A stretch of 64,000 nt of DNA from an uncultured cyanobacterium (GTDB taxonomy: Bacteria; Cyanobacteriota; Cyanobacteriia; Cyanobacteriales; Nostocaceae). The DNA lies in assembly GCA_963740315.1 (NCBI GenBank), contig CAVUDP010000002.1:480001-544000 (forward strand), read 5' to 3'. The notes beneath the pieces are model-generated. The model ran no database searches and was not told the origin of the DNA. It worked only from the letters and a program-made list of their open reading frames with translations. The position numbers were made by a program, and so were the translations under genes. Shown here in pieces: positions 18,485-29,581 of the stretch. Numbering within the stretch: the first letter of the stretch is position 1; every line of letters begins with the position of its first letter.

Positions 18485-18871
18485 TTGACTTGGAATTCTT
18501 GCTAAAACGCCTTTTTTCAATGCTTGCGGACGTTCTGACCAAGCCATTTTACCATCTGGTTTTTCGTAATATAAACTTGCACATTCTAAAACTGCGGTTG
18601 ATGTTTCCGAAAGTGCTTTACTATCATGATCTAAATCGCCAAATAAATATGTCATTTTACCCGATGCGGTAAATGCTACTGCACAAGAATGACTGCAAGC
18701 ACTCATGCATTCTACCGATTTCACAGTAAATTCTTTTGCAAGCGCCCAATCTTGATGTTTTTCTTCGAGTTCTTTTAATAGTTTTTCGCCGCCGCTAGTA
18801 CCTATACGCTTTCCATCTTGCCAAACGCTGGCACAGCTAGAGCAGACTAAAATTGTATGTTGATTTTCCAT
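18479..18871 (-). CDS. DUF1636 family Cys-rich putative metal-binding protein
   Basis: ILVCSSC, VECMSACSHSCAVAF, TYLFGDL, ERPQALKKGVLARIP; adjacent to cbiD. Confidence 0.88.
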   Translation of the reverse strand: MENQHTILVCSSCASVWQDGKRIGTSGGEKLLKELEEKHQDWALAKEFTVKSVECMSACSHSCAVAFTASGKMTYLFGDLDHDSKALSETSTAVLECASLYYEKPDGKMAWSERPQALKKGVLARIPSQQ

Positions 18872-19010
18872 TTTTATTCTATCTATAAACTTGTATAAAA
18901 GCGTTCCTCTGCCGTGACCTAATACATTAGCATCATTTGTGTCAGGTGAATAACTTTATAATCTTAGAGATCCAATTGAAAATTCTTATATTCTTGTCGG
19001 GTGTGTGACT

Positions 19011-19123
19011 TTAACTGGTTCCCATGCTCAGCCTGGGAACCCATGACTGGAGGCTCTGCCTCTTAATATTGAGGCAGAGCCTCACATACAGGAGTTCCCA
19101 GCCGGAGACTGGGAACTAGTTAA
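19011..19123. repeat. Triple-hairpin dispersed element (GTTCCCA...TGGGAAC; GAGGCTCTGCCTC...GAGGCAGAGCCTC)
   Basis: TTAACTGGTTCCCA/TGGGAACTAGTTAA inverted ends with three internal stems. Confidence 0.75.
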
Positions 19124-19137
19124 CTAGAATTTTCTTG

Positions 19138-20337
19138 CTATTTAGTTGATTTGGCGATCGTTCCTAACTGCAATCCTGGCGGATAACTACCTTCTTCTTT
19201 AACTCGCTTAATTTCAGTATCGCCGATGCGTAAGTTTAATTTTGAAGCAAGCGATCGCAAAATATCTCCTCGATCGATTAAACCAGCGATCGCACCAGCA
19301 GGTGAAAGTACGGTAACGCGCTGCAATTTTTCGTTTTCTAATTTGGTAATTACTTCTACTAGACTTGTCGATTCTTCCACGGTGGGAATTTCATCTAAAG
19401 GACGTACTATACTTTGTACGGTTTGAGTTTCCCACAAACTTCTTTCAATAACTCGCAAATCATCGACGTTAACCATCCCCTGATAGCGCCCATCTCGATC
19501 GGCAAAATAAACTTGCGATTGATTGCTTGCTAATAAATACTCGTCAGCAAAGGCACGTAAACTAATATCAGCATTAACTACGCGAAATTCCCTAGTCATG
19601 GCATTGCTAGCAACCATTTCTAACAAGGTTTCCTGTAGCTCAGTGACGCGCAGGTAAGTAGTTGCGTTACGGATACCAAACCAACCCAACAATGCAATCC
19701 ATAAACCCGTTACTAATTCACCCGTTGAAAAATCTATTAGCAAACCCAACGCGATCGCAGCATAACCTAAAACTTGTCCCGTTCTTGCTGCTAAACGTAC
19801 TGCTTTAAATCGGTTTCCCGTCGCTTTCCAAAGTGCTGATTTTAAAACTTGTCCGCCATCAAGGGGCAAGCCGGGAATTAAATTAAATAACGCTAAGACT
19901 AAATTAATTCTTGCCAAATCTCCCAACATCATATGCAGGGCAAAAGTATCCGGTATCGCAGCAGCCGTCAAAAATAACACAACAGACAATCCAATACTTA
20001 CCAAAGGACCGGCGATCGCCACTTGAAATGCTTGCCCCGGAGTCTTCGATTCTTCTTCTATGGCAGCCATTCCGCCGAATAAAAATAGCGTAATTGAATT
20101 AACTTTAATACCTTGTTTTTGCGCTACTAAGCTGTGTCCTAATTCATGTAAAATTACTGAGCCAAATAGCAACAGCGCCATGATTATTCCAGCACTCCAA
20201 CCTTGAATGGTTCCCAATTCTTGATAAGAAATTCCAAAATTGAGAGTTGCCAAACCCAAAATTACAAACCATAAAGGGTCTAAAAATAAGGGAATTCCAA
20301 ACAAGGCACCGATTCGCCAACTTGAACTCGATCGCAT
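19138..20337 (-). CDS. Site-2 protease (M50) family zinc metalloprotease with CBS domains
   Basis: LHELGH, FNLIPGLPLDGG, C-terminal CBS pair. Confidence 0.93.
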   Translation of the reverse strand: MRSSSSWRIGALFGIPLFLDPLWFVILGLATLNFGISYQELGTIQGWSAGIIMALLLFGSVILHELGHSLVAQKQGIKVNSITLFLFGGMAAIEEESKTPGQAFQVAIAGPLVSIGLSVVLFLTAAAIPDTFALHMMLGDLARINLVLALFNLIPGLPLDGGQVLKSALWKATGNRFKAVRLAARTGQVLGYAAIALGLLIDFSTGELVTGLWIALLGWFGIRNATTYLRVTELQETLLEMVASNAMTREFRVVNADISLRAFADEYLLASNQSQVYFADRDGRYQGMVNVDDLRVIERSLWETQTVQSIVRPLDEIPTVEESTSLVEVITKLENEKLQRVTVLSPAGAIAGLIDRGDILRSLASKLNLRIGDTEIKRVKEEGSYPPGLQLGTIAKSTK

Positions 20338-20550
20338 AATATTTTTCCTAAATCAGATTTTCTTAACTTCAGTTCAAAATGCAATTAATTTTAATAAAAT
20401 TTAAACTTCTACTCAAAACATAAACAATAAAATAATGCTTTTTGAACCGCTCTATCTTTTAGGATAAACAATTATGCAATAGTATATTTTCGCTTCTTAT
20501 TCGGTAAACTTCACTTTAATTGTTCGGTTTCAACAGTTAAGAATTAAAAA

Positions 20551-20713
20551 TTGGGCATAGGGCATTGGGCATTGGGCATTGGGCATTGGGAATTGGGCAT
20601 TGGGCATTGGTAATTGGTAATAGCGAGTAGAAATTAATTATTCTCCCCCTCTCCCCATCCCCCCATCCCCTTGTCCCCTTGTCCCCTCTTCCCCCATCCC
20701 CCCATCCCTCCCC
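20551..20713. repeat. STRR arrays (TTGGGCA; CCCCATC/CCCCTTGT)
   Basis: Tandem 7-8-mers. Confidence 0.9.
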
Positions 20714-20738
20714 AAAGATGAGGAGGGTAGAGTAACAT

Positions 20739-21002
20739 TTATGACAGGCGACCGATATTATGCAATCCTAGAACAATACCTACGCCGAGAAGATGACCAA
20801 AACACATAGCACCAACAAATGCAGGTACACTTAGAGGTAAAGGTAAACCGGGGAATTTCGGTCCTACTTGGGGATAGCGAATAATTCTGGGAGCTAATAA
20901 AACTGTTACCAAACAGCAAACGCTAATAATTATTCCTACGGCTGGACTCCAACTACCTGTGGTGGCAACTGTTGGTTGAACTGCTAATAATGATGAAATC
21001 AA
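20739..21002 (-). CDS. psaK: Photosystem I subunit PsaK
   Basis: WSPAVGII, IRYPQVGP, AMCFGHLLGVGIVLGL; TTG start at 21002 with AGGAG RBS upstream. Confidence 0.9.
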   Translation of the reverse strand: MISSLLAVQPTVATTGSWSPAVGIIISVCCLVTVLLAPRIIRYPQVGPKFPGLPLPLSVPAFVGAMCFGHLLGVGIVLGLHNIGRLS

Positions 21003-21133
21003 AGTATTTTCTCCTAAATGAAGAGACAAACAATCTAAGCCATCAAAATTATAAAAATTGCTGGGACAATAACCATTAGATGTCTTAAGAATTTACAATT
21101 TTTTGAAGTTTCGCTACAAATATTCATAATTCT

Positions 21134-21763
21134 ATGCGAGTAAAAATTTGCGGTATCACTCAACCACACCAGGGTAAAAGCATTGTTTCTCTTGGTGCGA
21201 CGGCGTTAGGATTCATTTGCGTACCTGCATCGCCGAGGTATGTTAACTCAGAACAAATTAAAGCGGTAATCGAACAGTTACCAGAACAAACTGATAAAAT
21301 CGGTGTTTTTGCCAACTCTAGCAAAGAAGAAATTGCTCAAACAGTTGCACGGACTGGATTAACAGGCGTACAACTCCACGGAGACGAACCAAAGGAATTT
21401 TGTCAGCAACTGCGTCAATCGTTACCAAATGTAGAAATTATCAAAGCCTTGCGAATCAAAGCGAATGATGATTTCGATCGCGCAAAAACCTATACCGAAT
21501 ATGTAGATACCTTATTACTCGATGCTTATCATCCCCAGCAGTTGGGAGGTACGGGTAAAACATTAAATTGGGATACATTAGTGCAATTCAACCCCGACTG
21601 CCCCTGGTTTCTAGCCGGAGGATTAACACCCCAAAATGTTTTACAAGCCCTAAATAAAGTCAAACCCAACGGTATCGATCTTTCAAGCGGAGTCGAAACA
21701 GCCCCTGGGGATAAGGATTTGGGTAAAGTTGGTGAATTGTTTGAGAAACTAAGAGAAGGGTGA
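21134..21763 (+). CDS. trpF: Phosphoribosylanthranilate isomerase
   Basis: [40 protein letters not shown]. Confidence 0.96.
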   Translation: MRVKICGITQPHQGKSIVSLGATALGFICVPASPRYVNSEQIKAVIEQLPEQTDKIGVFANSSKEEIAQTVARTGLTGVQLHGDEPKEFCQQLRQSLPNVEIIKALRIKANDDFDRAKTYTEYVDTLLLDAYHPQQLGGTGKTLNWDTLVQFNPDCPWFLAGGLTPQNVLQALNKVKPNGIDLSSGVETAPGDKDLGKVGELFEKLREG

Positions 21764-22016
21764 TGGGGAATGGGGTGATGGGGAGATAGGGAGATGGGGA
21801 GATGGGGAGATGGGGAGATGGGGAGACAAGGAGATGGGGAGATGGGGAGCCGGAGTAGTGCGAGCATCTTGCTCGCTGTTTAACTACCCCCTCTATTCCC
21901 TCTACCCCCTCTACTCCCTCTACCCCCTCTACCCCCTCTACCCCTTCTACCCCTTCTACCCCCTCTACCCCCATTCCCAATCTAAAATCTAAAATCTAAA
22001 ATCTAAAATCCAAAAT
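21764..22016. repeat. Composite cassette: GGGGAGAT STRR + GTAGTGCGAGCATCTTGCTCGC hairpin + CTCTACCCC STRR + TCTAAAA STRR
   Basis: Visible tandem units; inverted copy at 56796-57004. Confidence 0.9.
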
Positions 22017-22724
22017 TTAGAAGAACGACGGTTGGTGACGAATCAAACTAAAGAATTCTTCGCGGGTTTTCTGTTCTTGCTCGAATACTCCTAACATGGC
22101 GCTGGTAACTGTCCAAGAACCGGGTTTTTGCACTCCCCGCATTGTCATGCACGTATGTGTAGCTTCCATTACCACTGCAACGCCTTGGGGATCGAGAATT
22201 TCTTGAATGGCTTCGGCTATTTGACGGTTCAATCTTTCTTGTACTTGTAAGCGACGAGAGTACATTTCTACAATTCGAGCCAGTTTGCTTAATCCCACGA
22301 CTTTCTGATTGGGGATATAAGCAACGTGGGCTTTACCCATGAATGGCAACATATGGTGTTCGCACAAACTAAAGAAGTTGATATCGCGAACCAACACCAT
22401 TTCGTTGTGCCCTTCGTCAAATATGGCACCGTTAACTAAGTCTTCTAAAGATTGACTGTAGCCACTGGTCAGAAATCGCATCGATTCTGCTACACGTTTT
22501 GGTGTTTTGAGCAATCCTTCTCTTTCTGGATCTTCTCCAACCCCTAAAAGCATCGTTCTTACAGCATCCTTCATTTGCTCCATCTGTTCCTCTGAAGGAG
22601 GTTTTAAATTGGGTTGCGAACCATCTTTAGTGTTGCGATCGGGTCGGGGATTTACGGCATCTTCTAAGTTGGGAATCAGAGGAGATTGAGAATAATTGGA
22701 ACCGTTAGAACTAGCAATAGTCAT
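22017..22724 (-). CDS. folE: GTP cyclohydrolase I
   Basis: [46 protein letters not shown]. Confidence 0.97.
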   Translation of the reverse strand: MTIASSNGSNYSQSPLIPNLEDAVNPRPDRNTKDGSQPNLKPPSEEQMEQMKDAVRTMLLGVGEDPEREGLLKTPKRVAESMRFLTSGYSQSLEDLVNGAIFDEGHNEMVLVRDINFFSLCEHHMLPFMGKAHVAYIPNQKVVGLSKLARIVEMYSRRLQVQERLNRQIAEAIQEILDPQGVAVVMEATHTCMTMRGVQKPGSWTVTSAMLGVFEQEQKTREEFFSLIRHQPSFF

Positions 22725-22924
22725 GATGTCAGTCTGAATTAAAAATTCGGAAAATGAGTGATAAATGAAGACGGTTAGCAGTTAGCAAATTTGTAATATG
22801 GTGTATCTCCACCAAGTCTGATTAAATTTTTCACAAGATTAATTGGGTCATAAGAACGGTGGTCGATCGCAAGGTACTATTACAAACTACAAGTGTGACT
22901 GGTAATTAATAACCGATCGCTGAT

Positions 22925-23644
22925 TTACAAAACTCCCGCGCTGGGCATTAAAGTTAATTCATCAACAACTGCTTGTTTTGGTAATAATGCGATATGAAGT
23001 ATCGATTGAGCAACAATTTCTGGTGTCAACATATTTGAGCGATCGAAGTCGGCATTCACGGTTTTTGTATCCCAAATTTCTGTATTTACTGCACCCGGAC
23101 AAATAGCAGTTACGCGAATTCCGTTGGCGCGTTCTTCTTGAGCAAGGGCTTGAGAAAGAGCAATTACGCCCGCTTTGCTAACGCTGTAGGCTCCCCAGTT
23201 AGCAAATGCCTGTTTGCCTGCAATAGAAGCTACGTTAATAATTGTGCCTCTTTTCTGTTGGCGCATTGAGGGCAAAATTCCCTTTATGCATTCAAATACA
23301 CTGGTAAGATTCAAATCGATTACTTGCTGCCAGTCGGATAAAGGTGTTTCGCTTAAGGTGCCGGTGTAACCCATACCAGCATTGTTAACAAGAATATCTA
23401 TGTTACCATCAAGGACTATTCGATGAATATCTTGTTCTACTTTAGATACATCTGCTAAGTCCAAGACATAAGTTTTAGCTTCAACTCCAGCTTTGATTGC
23501 AGCGGAAGCTACGGCTGCTAATTTATCGGCAGAACGACTTACTAAGGCAACATCAATTCCTGAAGATGCAAAAGCCAAAGCTGTTTCTCTACCAATACCG
23601 CTACTTGCGCCTGTAATTAAGGCGCGTGCTTTATGTTTGGTCAT
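22925..23644 (-). CDS. Short-chain dehydrogenase/reductase
   Basis: ITGASSGIG, VNNAG, YSVSK; usual position between accA and folE. Confidence 0.93.
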   Translation of the reverse strand: MTKHKARALITGASSGIGRETALAFASSGIDVALVSRSADKLAAVASAAIKAGVEAKTYVLDLADVSKVEQDIHRIVLDGNIDILVNNAGMGYTGTLSETPLSDWQQVIDLNLTSVFECIKGILPSMRQQKRGTIINVASIAGKQAFANWGAYSVSKAGVIALSQALAQEERANGIRVTAICPGAVNTEIWDTKTVNADFDRSNMLTPEIVAQSILHIALLPKQAVVDELTLMPSAGVL

Positions 23645-24019
23645 ACTGTTTTCTCAAATTAATAGTTGGTTGAATCTTCAAGAAGAAAACCAATTACTCC
23701 AGCCTAAAACATTTTGATAATATAAATAAAGTTTATAAAATTGGGATACATCACTACTAAGGTAGAGATTTTTTACGAGAGTTTCTTCTGACAAATTTTA
23801 TTTTTAAGCAGCACAATAAACTAGTCCCTTTTTACTAAGGTTCCAATGTTAATAATTGTGTAATCAACAATTATTTATCTTAAATTCATTTTCGTACAAC
23901 GCTAATTAGCCATCAATACCGAAAGCCTATGACAATAATTGTTAAGAACTGTTAAATGCCATAGGCAATTATATCATTGCCGCAGTGGATAATAATTTTC
24001 TCCAAACTTATTAGTGGGG

Positions 24020-25000
24020 TTAGTGAGCAGCTTCTGTAAAAACCCCCATTTTACGGAATCTTTGATAGCGCATTTCTTTTCTTTCTTGAGCTTGCAAACC
24101 GTTGAGTATTTCCAAGTTTTCTAAGAGCGCTCCTTTGAGGGTATTAGCTGCTTGTAAAGGATCGGAATGAGCGCCACCAACTGGTTCTGTTAATATTTGA
24201 TCGATAATACCCAAATTTTTCAGGTCGTGAGAAATAATTTTTAAAGCTGCGGTTGCTTGGGGTGCTTTAGCTGCATCTTTCCACAAAATCGCCGCACAAG
24301 CTTCGGGGGTTGCAACGGTGTATACGGAATGCTCAAACATCATGACGCGATCGCCAATTCCAATACCGAGCGCTCCACCGGAACCACCTTCACCAATGAC
24401 GGTACAGATGATGGGAACGTCGTAGGAAAACATTTCTCTTAAATTGTAAGCAATTGCTTCACCTTGCCCTTGTTGTTCGGCGATAACAGTAGGTAAAGCA
24501 CCGGGAGTATCGATAAAAGTGATGATGGGCATACCAAATTTATTGGCGTGTTCCATCAGTCGCAATGCTTTGCGGTATCCACCAGGAGAAGCCATACCAA
24601 AGTTACGGGCAATATTATCTTTGGTGTCCCGTCCTTTTTGATGACCTAAAATTACTACAGGTTGATTTCCCAAACGTGCCAGTCCACCGACTAAAGCGGG
24701 ATCGTCCGAACCACATCTATCTCCGTGTAGTTCTACCCATTCATCGGTAATTGCTTGAATATAGTCTAAAGTACTGGGACGACGGGGATGACGAGCAACT
24801 TGAAGGCGCTGGGTAGGCGATAGGCTGCTAAAAATTTCTTCACGTAATTGCATGGCGCGTGCTTCTAACTGATGTATCTGTGACGTTACATCTACGCCAT
24901 TTTCTTCCGCAAGTTTACGAATCTGCTCAATTCGGTTTGCCAGTTCTGCTAGGGGCTTTTCAAAGTCCAAAAGTAGCGGTTTACGCTCTTGTGTAGCCAT
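24020..25000 (-). CDS. accA: Acetyl-CoA carboxylase carboxyltransferase alpha subunit
   Basis: [43 protein letters not shown]. Confidence 0.97.
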   Translation of the reverse strand: MATQERKPLLLDFEKPLAELANRIEQIRKLAEENGVDVTSQIHQLEARAMQLREEIFSSLSPTQRLQVARHPRRPSTLDYIQAITDEWVELHGDRCGSDDPALVGGLARLGNQPVVILGHQKGRDTKDNIARNFGMASPGGYRKALRLMEHANKFGMPIITFIDTPGALPTVIAEQQGQGEAIAYNLREMFSYDVPIICTVIGEGGSGGALGIGIGDRVMMFEHSVYTVATPEACAAILWKDAAKAPQATAALKIISHDLKNLGIIDQILTEPVGGAHSDPLQAANTLKGALLENLEILNGLQAQERKEMRYQRFRKMGVFTEAAH

Positions 25001-25223
25001 TGTTTGAATAATGAGTTGTGAGTTACAAGAAACAGCGCGTTATGAGTTAAGAGTTGAGATATATAGATAATTACTTTACTCCTAACTCATAACCATTAAT
25101 AGTTAACCGTTAACTACTGGAGAACTCCATAAGGAAAAATATCCAATGCTAGAGGCAGGCAATAAATAATTACGCTTGTCCGAATCAAAGGATGTCTTGT
25201 AAGCCCCAATGTTTAACTGTTAA

Positions 25224-26243
25224 TCACACTAGCAGCGGTCGAAATCCATGTTTAATAGACACTTGACCAATCTGCTCCATTTTCTCTACGGTAATCTGAT
25301 TGCGCCCCCAAGAAAAGTTAGTGTACAACTTTTCAAATTCAAGCAGCATTGATTCGGCAAAACAAGCAAAAAGTTGACGACCGGGAACATCCATGTTGAC
25401 AATGTTCATAATTTTCCAGTCAATGTCAAGAGAATGCTCTACAATGCCACCGTTGAGTACGTATACGTCTGGATGCACAACGAGCGTTGCTAAATTTTTG
25501 GGATAACCACCATCAATTAGCAAACAAGGTTTCTTCAACACGGTGGGGTCAATTTCCACACCTTTGGGCATACTGGCAACCCAAACGATAATATCTGCTT
25601 CGGGTAACGCTGCCTCTAGACCCATTATTTTTCCACGACCGAGGTCAGATTGCAAGGATGAAAGGCGTTCGGCGTTACGCGCTATCAACAACAATTCCTT
25701 CACATCTGTCTTCGCATCCAGCCAACGACAGACGGCACTACCAATATCTCCTGTAGCACCACATACCGCAACTGTTGCCGACTCTAAGTCTATGCCAAGT
25801 CTTTTCGAGGCTTGCTCTACTTGCCGACAAATAATGTAGGCAGTATGAGTATTTCCTGTAGTAAACCGTTCAAACTCTAATTTGATGTTGCGGATTTGAG
25901 GAATTTGTTCTAACTTAAAATTCTCAAAAATAATCGAGGAAAAACCACCCAAAGCAGTAATATTTATACCGTGTTTTTGGGCATGAGCCATCGCATTTAG
26001 TATTTTGCGAGTAGCAGCCTTCATGCGGCGAGAAGCCAGCATTTCCGGTAAAAAGCAAGATTCAACATACCGACCTTCGATTTTTTGTCCGGTTACACTT
26101 GTGACCGTAATATTATCTACTATTTGGGGTGGCGCACTACACCAAAAATCTAGCCCCTGGTCGGCATATTCTGGGTAGCCTAATTCTTTAGCTACTCTTT
26201 GAGCGTGTTCTAAACTTGTAAGATGTCCGATTAAACCAAACAT
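25224..26243 (-). CDS. aar: Long-chain acyl-ACP reductase (alkane biosynthesis)
   Basis: [52 protein letters not shown]. Confidence 0.97.
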   Translation of the reverse strand: MFGLIGHLTSLEHAQRVAKELGYPEYADQGLDFWCSAPPQIVDNITVTSVTGQKIEGRYVESCFLPEMLASRRMKAATRKILNAMAHAQKHGINITALGGFSSIIFENFKLEQIPQIRNIKLEFERFTTGNTHTAYIICRQVEQASKRLGIDLESATVAVCGATGDIGSAVCRWLDAKTDVKELLLIARNAERLSSLQSDLGRGKIMGLEAALPEADIIVWVASMPKGVEIDPTVLKKPCLLIDGGYPKNLATLVVHPDVYVLNGGIVEHSLDIDWKIMNIVNMDVPGRQLFACFAESMLLEFEKLYTNFSWGRNQITVEKMEQIGQVSIKHGFRPLLV

Positions 26244-26418
26244 GAACTATTAATTTCGGCTTATGCTTTGTGAAAGGATTTAAGGCGTGGAATATAAATA
26301 GACACCATAAGAATTGCTCCTCTGGAAAACCGTAAATGGTACCCGATTGCGATCGGGCGAGGAGCAATAATCATAGCTAATTATTCCTATTGTCAAACAA
26401 ACAAAAAGGCTACTGCGA

Positions 26419-27114
26419 TTAAGCGGCTCTAAGTCCGTATGCAGAAAGACGCATGATATCGCGAGTGGTGAAGCCAATATTACTCAAAGCGTCACCGTAT
26501 TGAATCATAAAGTCTTCTACCAAAGCATCTTTACCCATTGCCATATTTTCCGCATCGTTTTCTACTTCGTTAAGCATTTTCCAAACGATAGGCAGGTTTT
26601 GGGCGTTTGCTGCTTCTAATTCAGCTTTGGATTCTTCAAAATGTTCCTTTAGCCAAACTTCTCCAAAGTTGAGGTGAGTATATTCATCTTTTACAACACC
26701 TTCAGTAATCTTACGAGAGAAATCATCCGCTACTGGAATAAAGATGTGGTAAGCGGCGATCGCAAAACATTCGATAATCAAAGACTGAATCAACAAGCAG
26801 GTAACAATTTTATTTTGTGCGGCTGCTTCCTGGAAATTTTGATGTAATGGAGCAAAAAACTCTTTAGCGAATTCCATATCCGCAGTAACTTCCAGATTTT
26901 TAGCGCAAGCTTGAAAACCTTTTTTGTGACGCATTTCCATTTTAGAAAGACGAACTAAGTCATCTTTTTTGTCTGGAATCAATTGCGCCAGTGATAAATA
27001 ATTTTCGTATGCTTCTTGTTCTCCCTCAACCACGATCGCATTAATGCGGCTGAAAGCGTCTTTATATGTTTCGCTACGATAATCGAGTGAAGATGGGGCT
27101 ATAAGCTCCTGCAT
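26419..27114 (-). CDS. ado: Aldehyde-deformylating oxygenase (alkane biosynthesis)
   Basis: [42 protein letters not shown] di-iron motifs. Confidence 0.97.
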   Translation of the reverse strand: MQELIAPSSLDYRSETYKDAFSRINAIVVEGEQEAYENYLSLAQLIPDKKDDLVRLSKMEMRHKKGFQACAKNLEVTADMEFAKEFFAPLHQNFQEAAAQNKIVTCLLIQSLIIECFAIAAYHIFIPVADDFSRKITEGVVKDEYTHLNFGEVWLKEHFEESKAELEAANAQNLPIVWKMLNEVENDAENMAMGKDALVEDFMIQYGDALSNIGFTTRDIMRLSAYGLRAA

Positions 27115-27447
27115 CTTGATTTCCCTCCAGATATGAAAGTATATGATAGTCTTCTGTGATGAACTTGGAATGAAGTTGACTTGTATCGATGAAATTAGAA
27201 GGAACGTATTTCTACCACAGCGACCAAACCTATTACTAGTATGAATTCCTGGGTATCAATTACTTCCATCTTAATAACCATCATCGTTTACTTTAATTGT
27301 GCTTCATTTTTTATCCTCGGTCGTCAACAGAATTACAGAATTAACGTGGTTTAATTTTACTTAATAAGCCACTATGTTATAGATTAGCTGTTGCTGGGGG
27401 CGATTGCTCTAGTAACAGAAAAACTAATGCTTGGGTAAGCTTTATTT

Positions 27448-28275
27448 ATGTACGAATCAAGCTGGACGCGAAAATACGGTAACTTCCTCACGCTAGGAAT
27501 ACTATTACTATTGGCGGTTATTATCCTCATACCGCTACTTATGGTCTTCCTAACATCATTTTCGTCTCCAAGTACAAATCAAAGCGTGTTACCGAAAAAT
27601 GGCTGGTCTTTATCTAATTACCGCGATGCATGGGGGCGAGGTAAATTTTTACTAGCATTTGCTAACTCTACTTTAGTAGCCGTTTGTGTTACCTCTCTTC
27701 AAATTATAACTTCTGCGGCTTCAGGTTACGCATTAGCAAGGTTGAAGTTTAGGGGACGCGAACTACTACTCTTAATAGTTTTAGCGACATTGGTAATCCC
27801 CTTTCAGTTGCTGGTGATTCCGATATTTTTAATACTCAAGTGGGGACACATGATAAATACCTACTGGGCGCTGATTTTACCCACTGCTGCTAACGGTTTC
27901 GGTATTTTCTTGCTACGGCAGTATTTTCAAAGTATTCCCATAGAATTAGAAGAAGCAGCAGCCATAGACGGAGCGAACAGGCTGCAAATATTATTGCAAG
28001 TAATGTTACCATTAGCCCGTCCCGCACTGGTAACGCTATTTTTATTTACCTTTATTGGTGAATGGAACGATTTATTTAAACCCTTAGTATTTACAACCAG
28101 ACCGGAATTAAGAACCGTACAACTGGCTTTAGCAGAGTTTCAAGAACAGTTTACCAATAATTGGTCCCTATTAATGGCAGCAGTCACCATAGCCACCGTA
28201 CCCGTAATGCTACTATTCCTCATCGGTCAACGGCAATTTATACGCGGCATCGCCACAACCGGAATTAAGAATTAA
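27448..28275 (+). CDS. Carbohydrate ABC transporter permease
   Basis: EAA loop ELEEAAAIDGA, WNDLFKPL, multiple TM segments. Confidence 0.93.
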   Translation: MYESSWTRKYGNFLTLGILLLLAVIILIPLLMVFLTSFSSPSTNQSVLPKNGWSLSNYRDAWGRGKFLLAFANSTLVAVCVTSLQIITSAASGYALARLKFRGRELLLLIVLATLVIPFQLLVIPIFLILKWGHMINTYWALILPTAANGFGIFLLRQYFQSIPIELEEAAAIDGANRLQILLQVMLPLARPALVTLFLFTFIGEWNDLFKPLVFTTRPELRTVQLALAEFQEQFTNNWSLLMAAVTIATVPVMLLFLIGQRQFIRGIATTGIKN

Positions 28276-28291
28276 TTTGGGCATTGGGAAC

Positions 28292-28468
28292 AGGTTAAAG
28301 GTTAAAGGTTAAAGGTTAAAGGTTAAAGGTTAAAGGTTAAAGGTTAAAGGTTAAAGGTTAAAGGTTAAAGGTTATAATTCTCCTTGTCTCCCCATCCCCC
28401 CATCTCCCCATCTCCCCATCCCCCCCTCTCCCCATCCCCCCATCTCCCCCATCCCCCCATCCCCCTCT
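28292..28468. repeat. STRR arrays (AGGTTAA; CCCCATCT)
   Basis: Tandem 7-9-mers. Confidence 0.9.
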
Positions 28469-28641
28469 CTTCAACTATGCCACTACATAAAGTGTCACAT
28501 ATGCGTAATAACTCGGTACGAGGATAAATGTATTTCGAGGTAATGATTTTGAGACAGAAAAATAAACTGTCATCAGTAAGAAGTAATATTTAAAGGCTTT
28601 TGGCTTAAGCTTTAAATTGAAATAAGCGCATCTATTGCAAT

Positions 28642-29286
28642 ATGAATAAAGTGGATGAAGAGAAACTACCTACTGTATTAATGGCATCAAGTTCAAGTGA
28701 ACTACTTCAACGTTATGCAGTAGGAGAAAGAGATTTTCCTGGAAGTAGATTAGATGATGCCAACTTGACTCGTGCCGATCTTAGTGGTGCCGATTTGAGT
28801 CGAGTTCATCTGCAATATGCTTATTTAGCAGGTGCCAAACTTAAGGGTACTAATCTTAGCCAAGGCTTGCTTAACGGCGTTCAATTAACAGGTGCCGTAC
28901 TACGACAAGCTAACTTAAGCATTTCAAATTTGAGTGAAGCTGAATTGTGTGGTGCTGACTTGCGCGATGCTGTGCTGAAAAATGCTGACTTACGCGGTAC
29001 TGACATAAGTAATGCTAATATTAGCTGCGTCAATTTATGCGGTGCTGACTTACGTTACGCCAATCTGGTTAATTCTAATTTCAGCTATACCAACTTTAAA
29101 AATGCGTTTTTAACCGCTGCAAACTTGAGTAGCGCTTATTTGATTGGTGCTAATTTAACTCATACCGATCTCAATGGTGCAAATGTAGAGAATGCTTTAT
29201 TTGGATACAACAAAGGACTGTCCAAGTTTACAAAGCTTGACTTACAAATGCGTGGAGCAATATTTATCATTGACAGCGAACTTTGA
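28642..29286 (+). CDS. Pentapeptide repeat protein
   Basis: ELLQRYAVGERDF N-terminus followed by A(D/N)Lxx repeats. Confidence 0.92.
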   Translation: MNKVDEEKLPTVLMASSSSELLQRYAVGERDFPGSRLDDANLTRADLSGADLSRVHLQYAYLAGAKLKGTNLSQGLLNGVQLTGAVLRQANLSISNLSEAELCGADLRDAVLKNADLRGTDISNANISCVNLCGADLRYANLVNSNFSYTNFKNAFLTAANLSSAYLIGANLTHTDLNGANVENALFGYNKGLSKFTKLDLQMRGAIFIIDSEL

Positions 29287-29581
29287 GCAGTGAACAGTGA
29301 GCAGTTAGCAGTTGTATCTATACAAAAATTTTATCAGTAGCTTACGATCCAAATTCGGTTTCTAATCTCCTTCATTTTTAGCCTGTGCAGAGGACAGGCT
29401 TAGTTATCGTAAAAAATAATTCAGTATAATATCTTCGCTAGTTGCCATTCTATTTTTAGATAAAAGTACTTAGCGTAAATCAAAACGTCTTAACGTTAAT
29501 ATTTATTGCTATTAGTCTAAAAAAGTCAATTCCACCTGCTCACTGTTCACTGTTCACTGTTCACTGTTCACCGATCACTGA

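Noticed and set aside
18872..19137. Cobalamin riboswitch upstream of the DUF1636/cbiD genes
   Set aside because: No B12-box-like consensus recognised; the hairpins belong to a dispersed repeat element
21529..21992. ORFs encoding VEGVEG/PHLPIS/YPLYPL repeats (also 55978-56171, 56760-57309 and 58614-58916)
   Set aside because: Translations of STRR arrays or antisense shadows, not credible genes
22017..27114. ado-aar-accA-SDR-folE cluster as a novelty
   Set aside because: Well-known conserved cyanobacterial alkane gene neighbourhood
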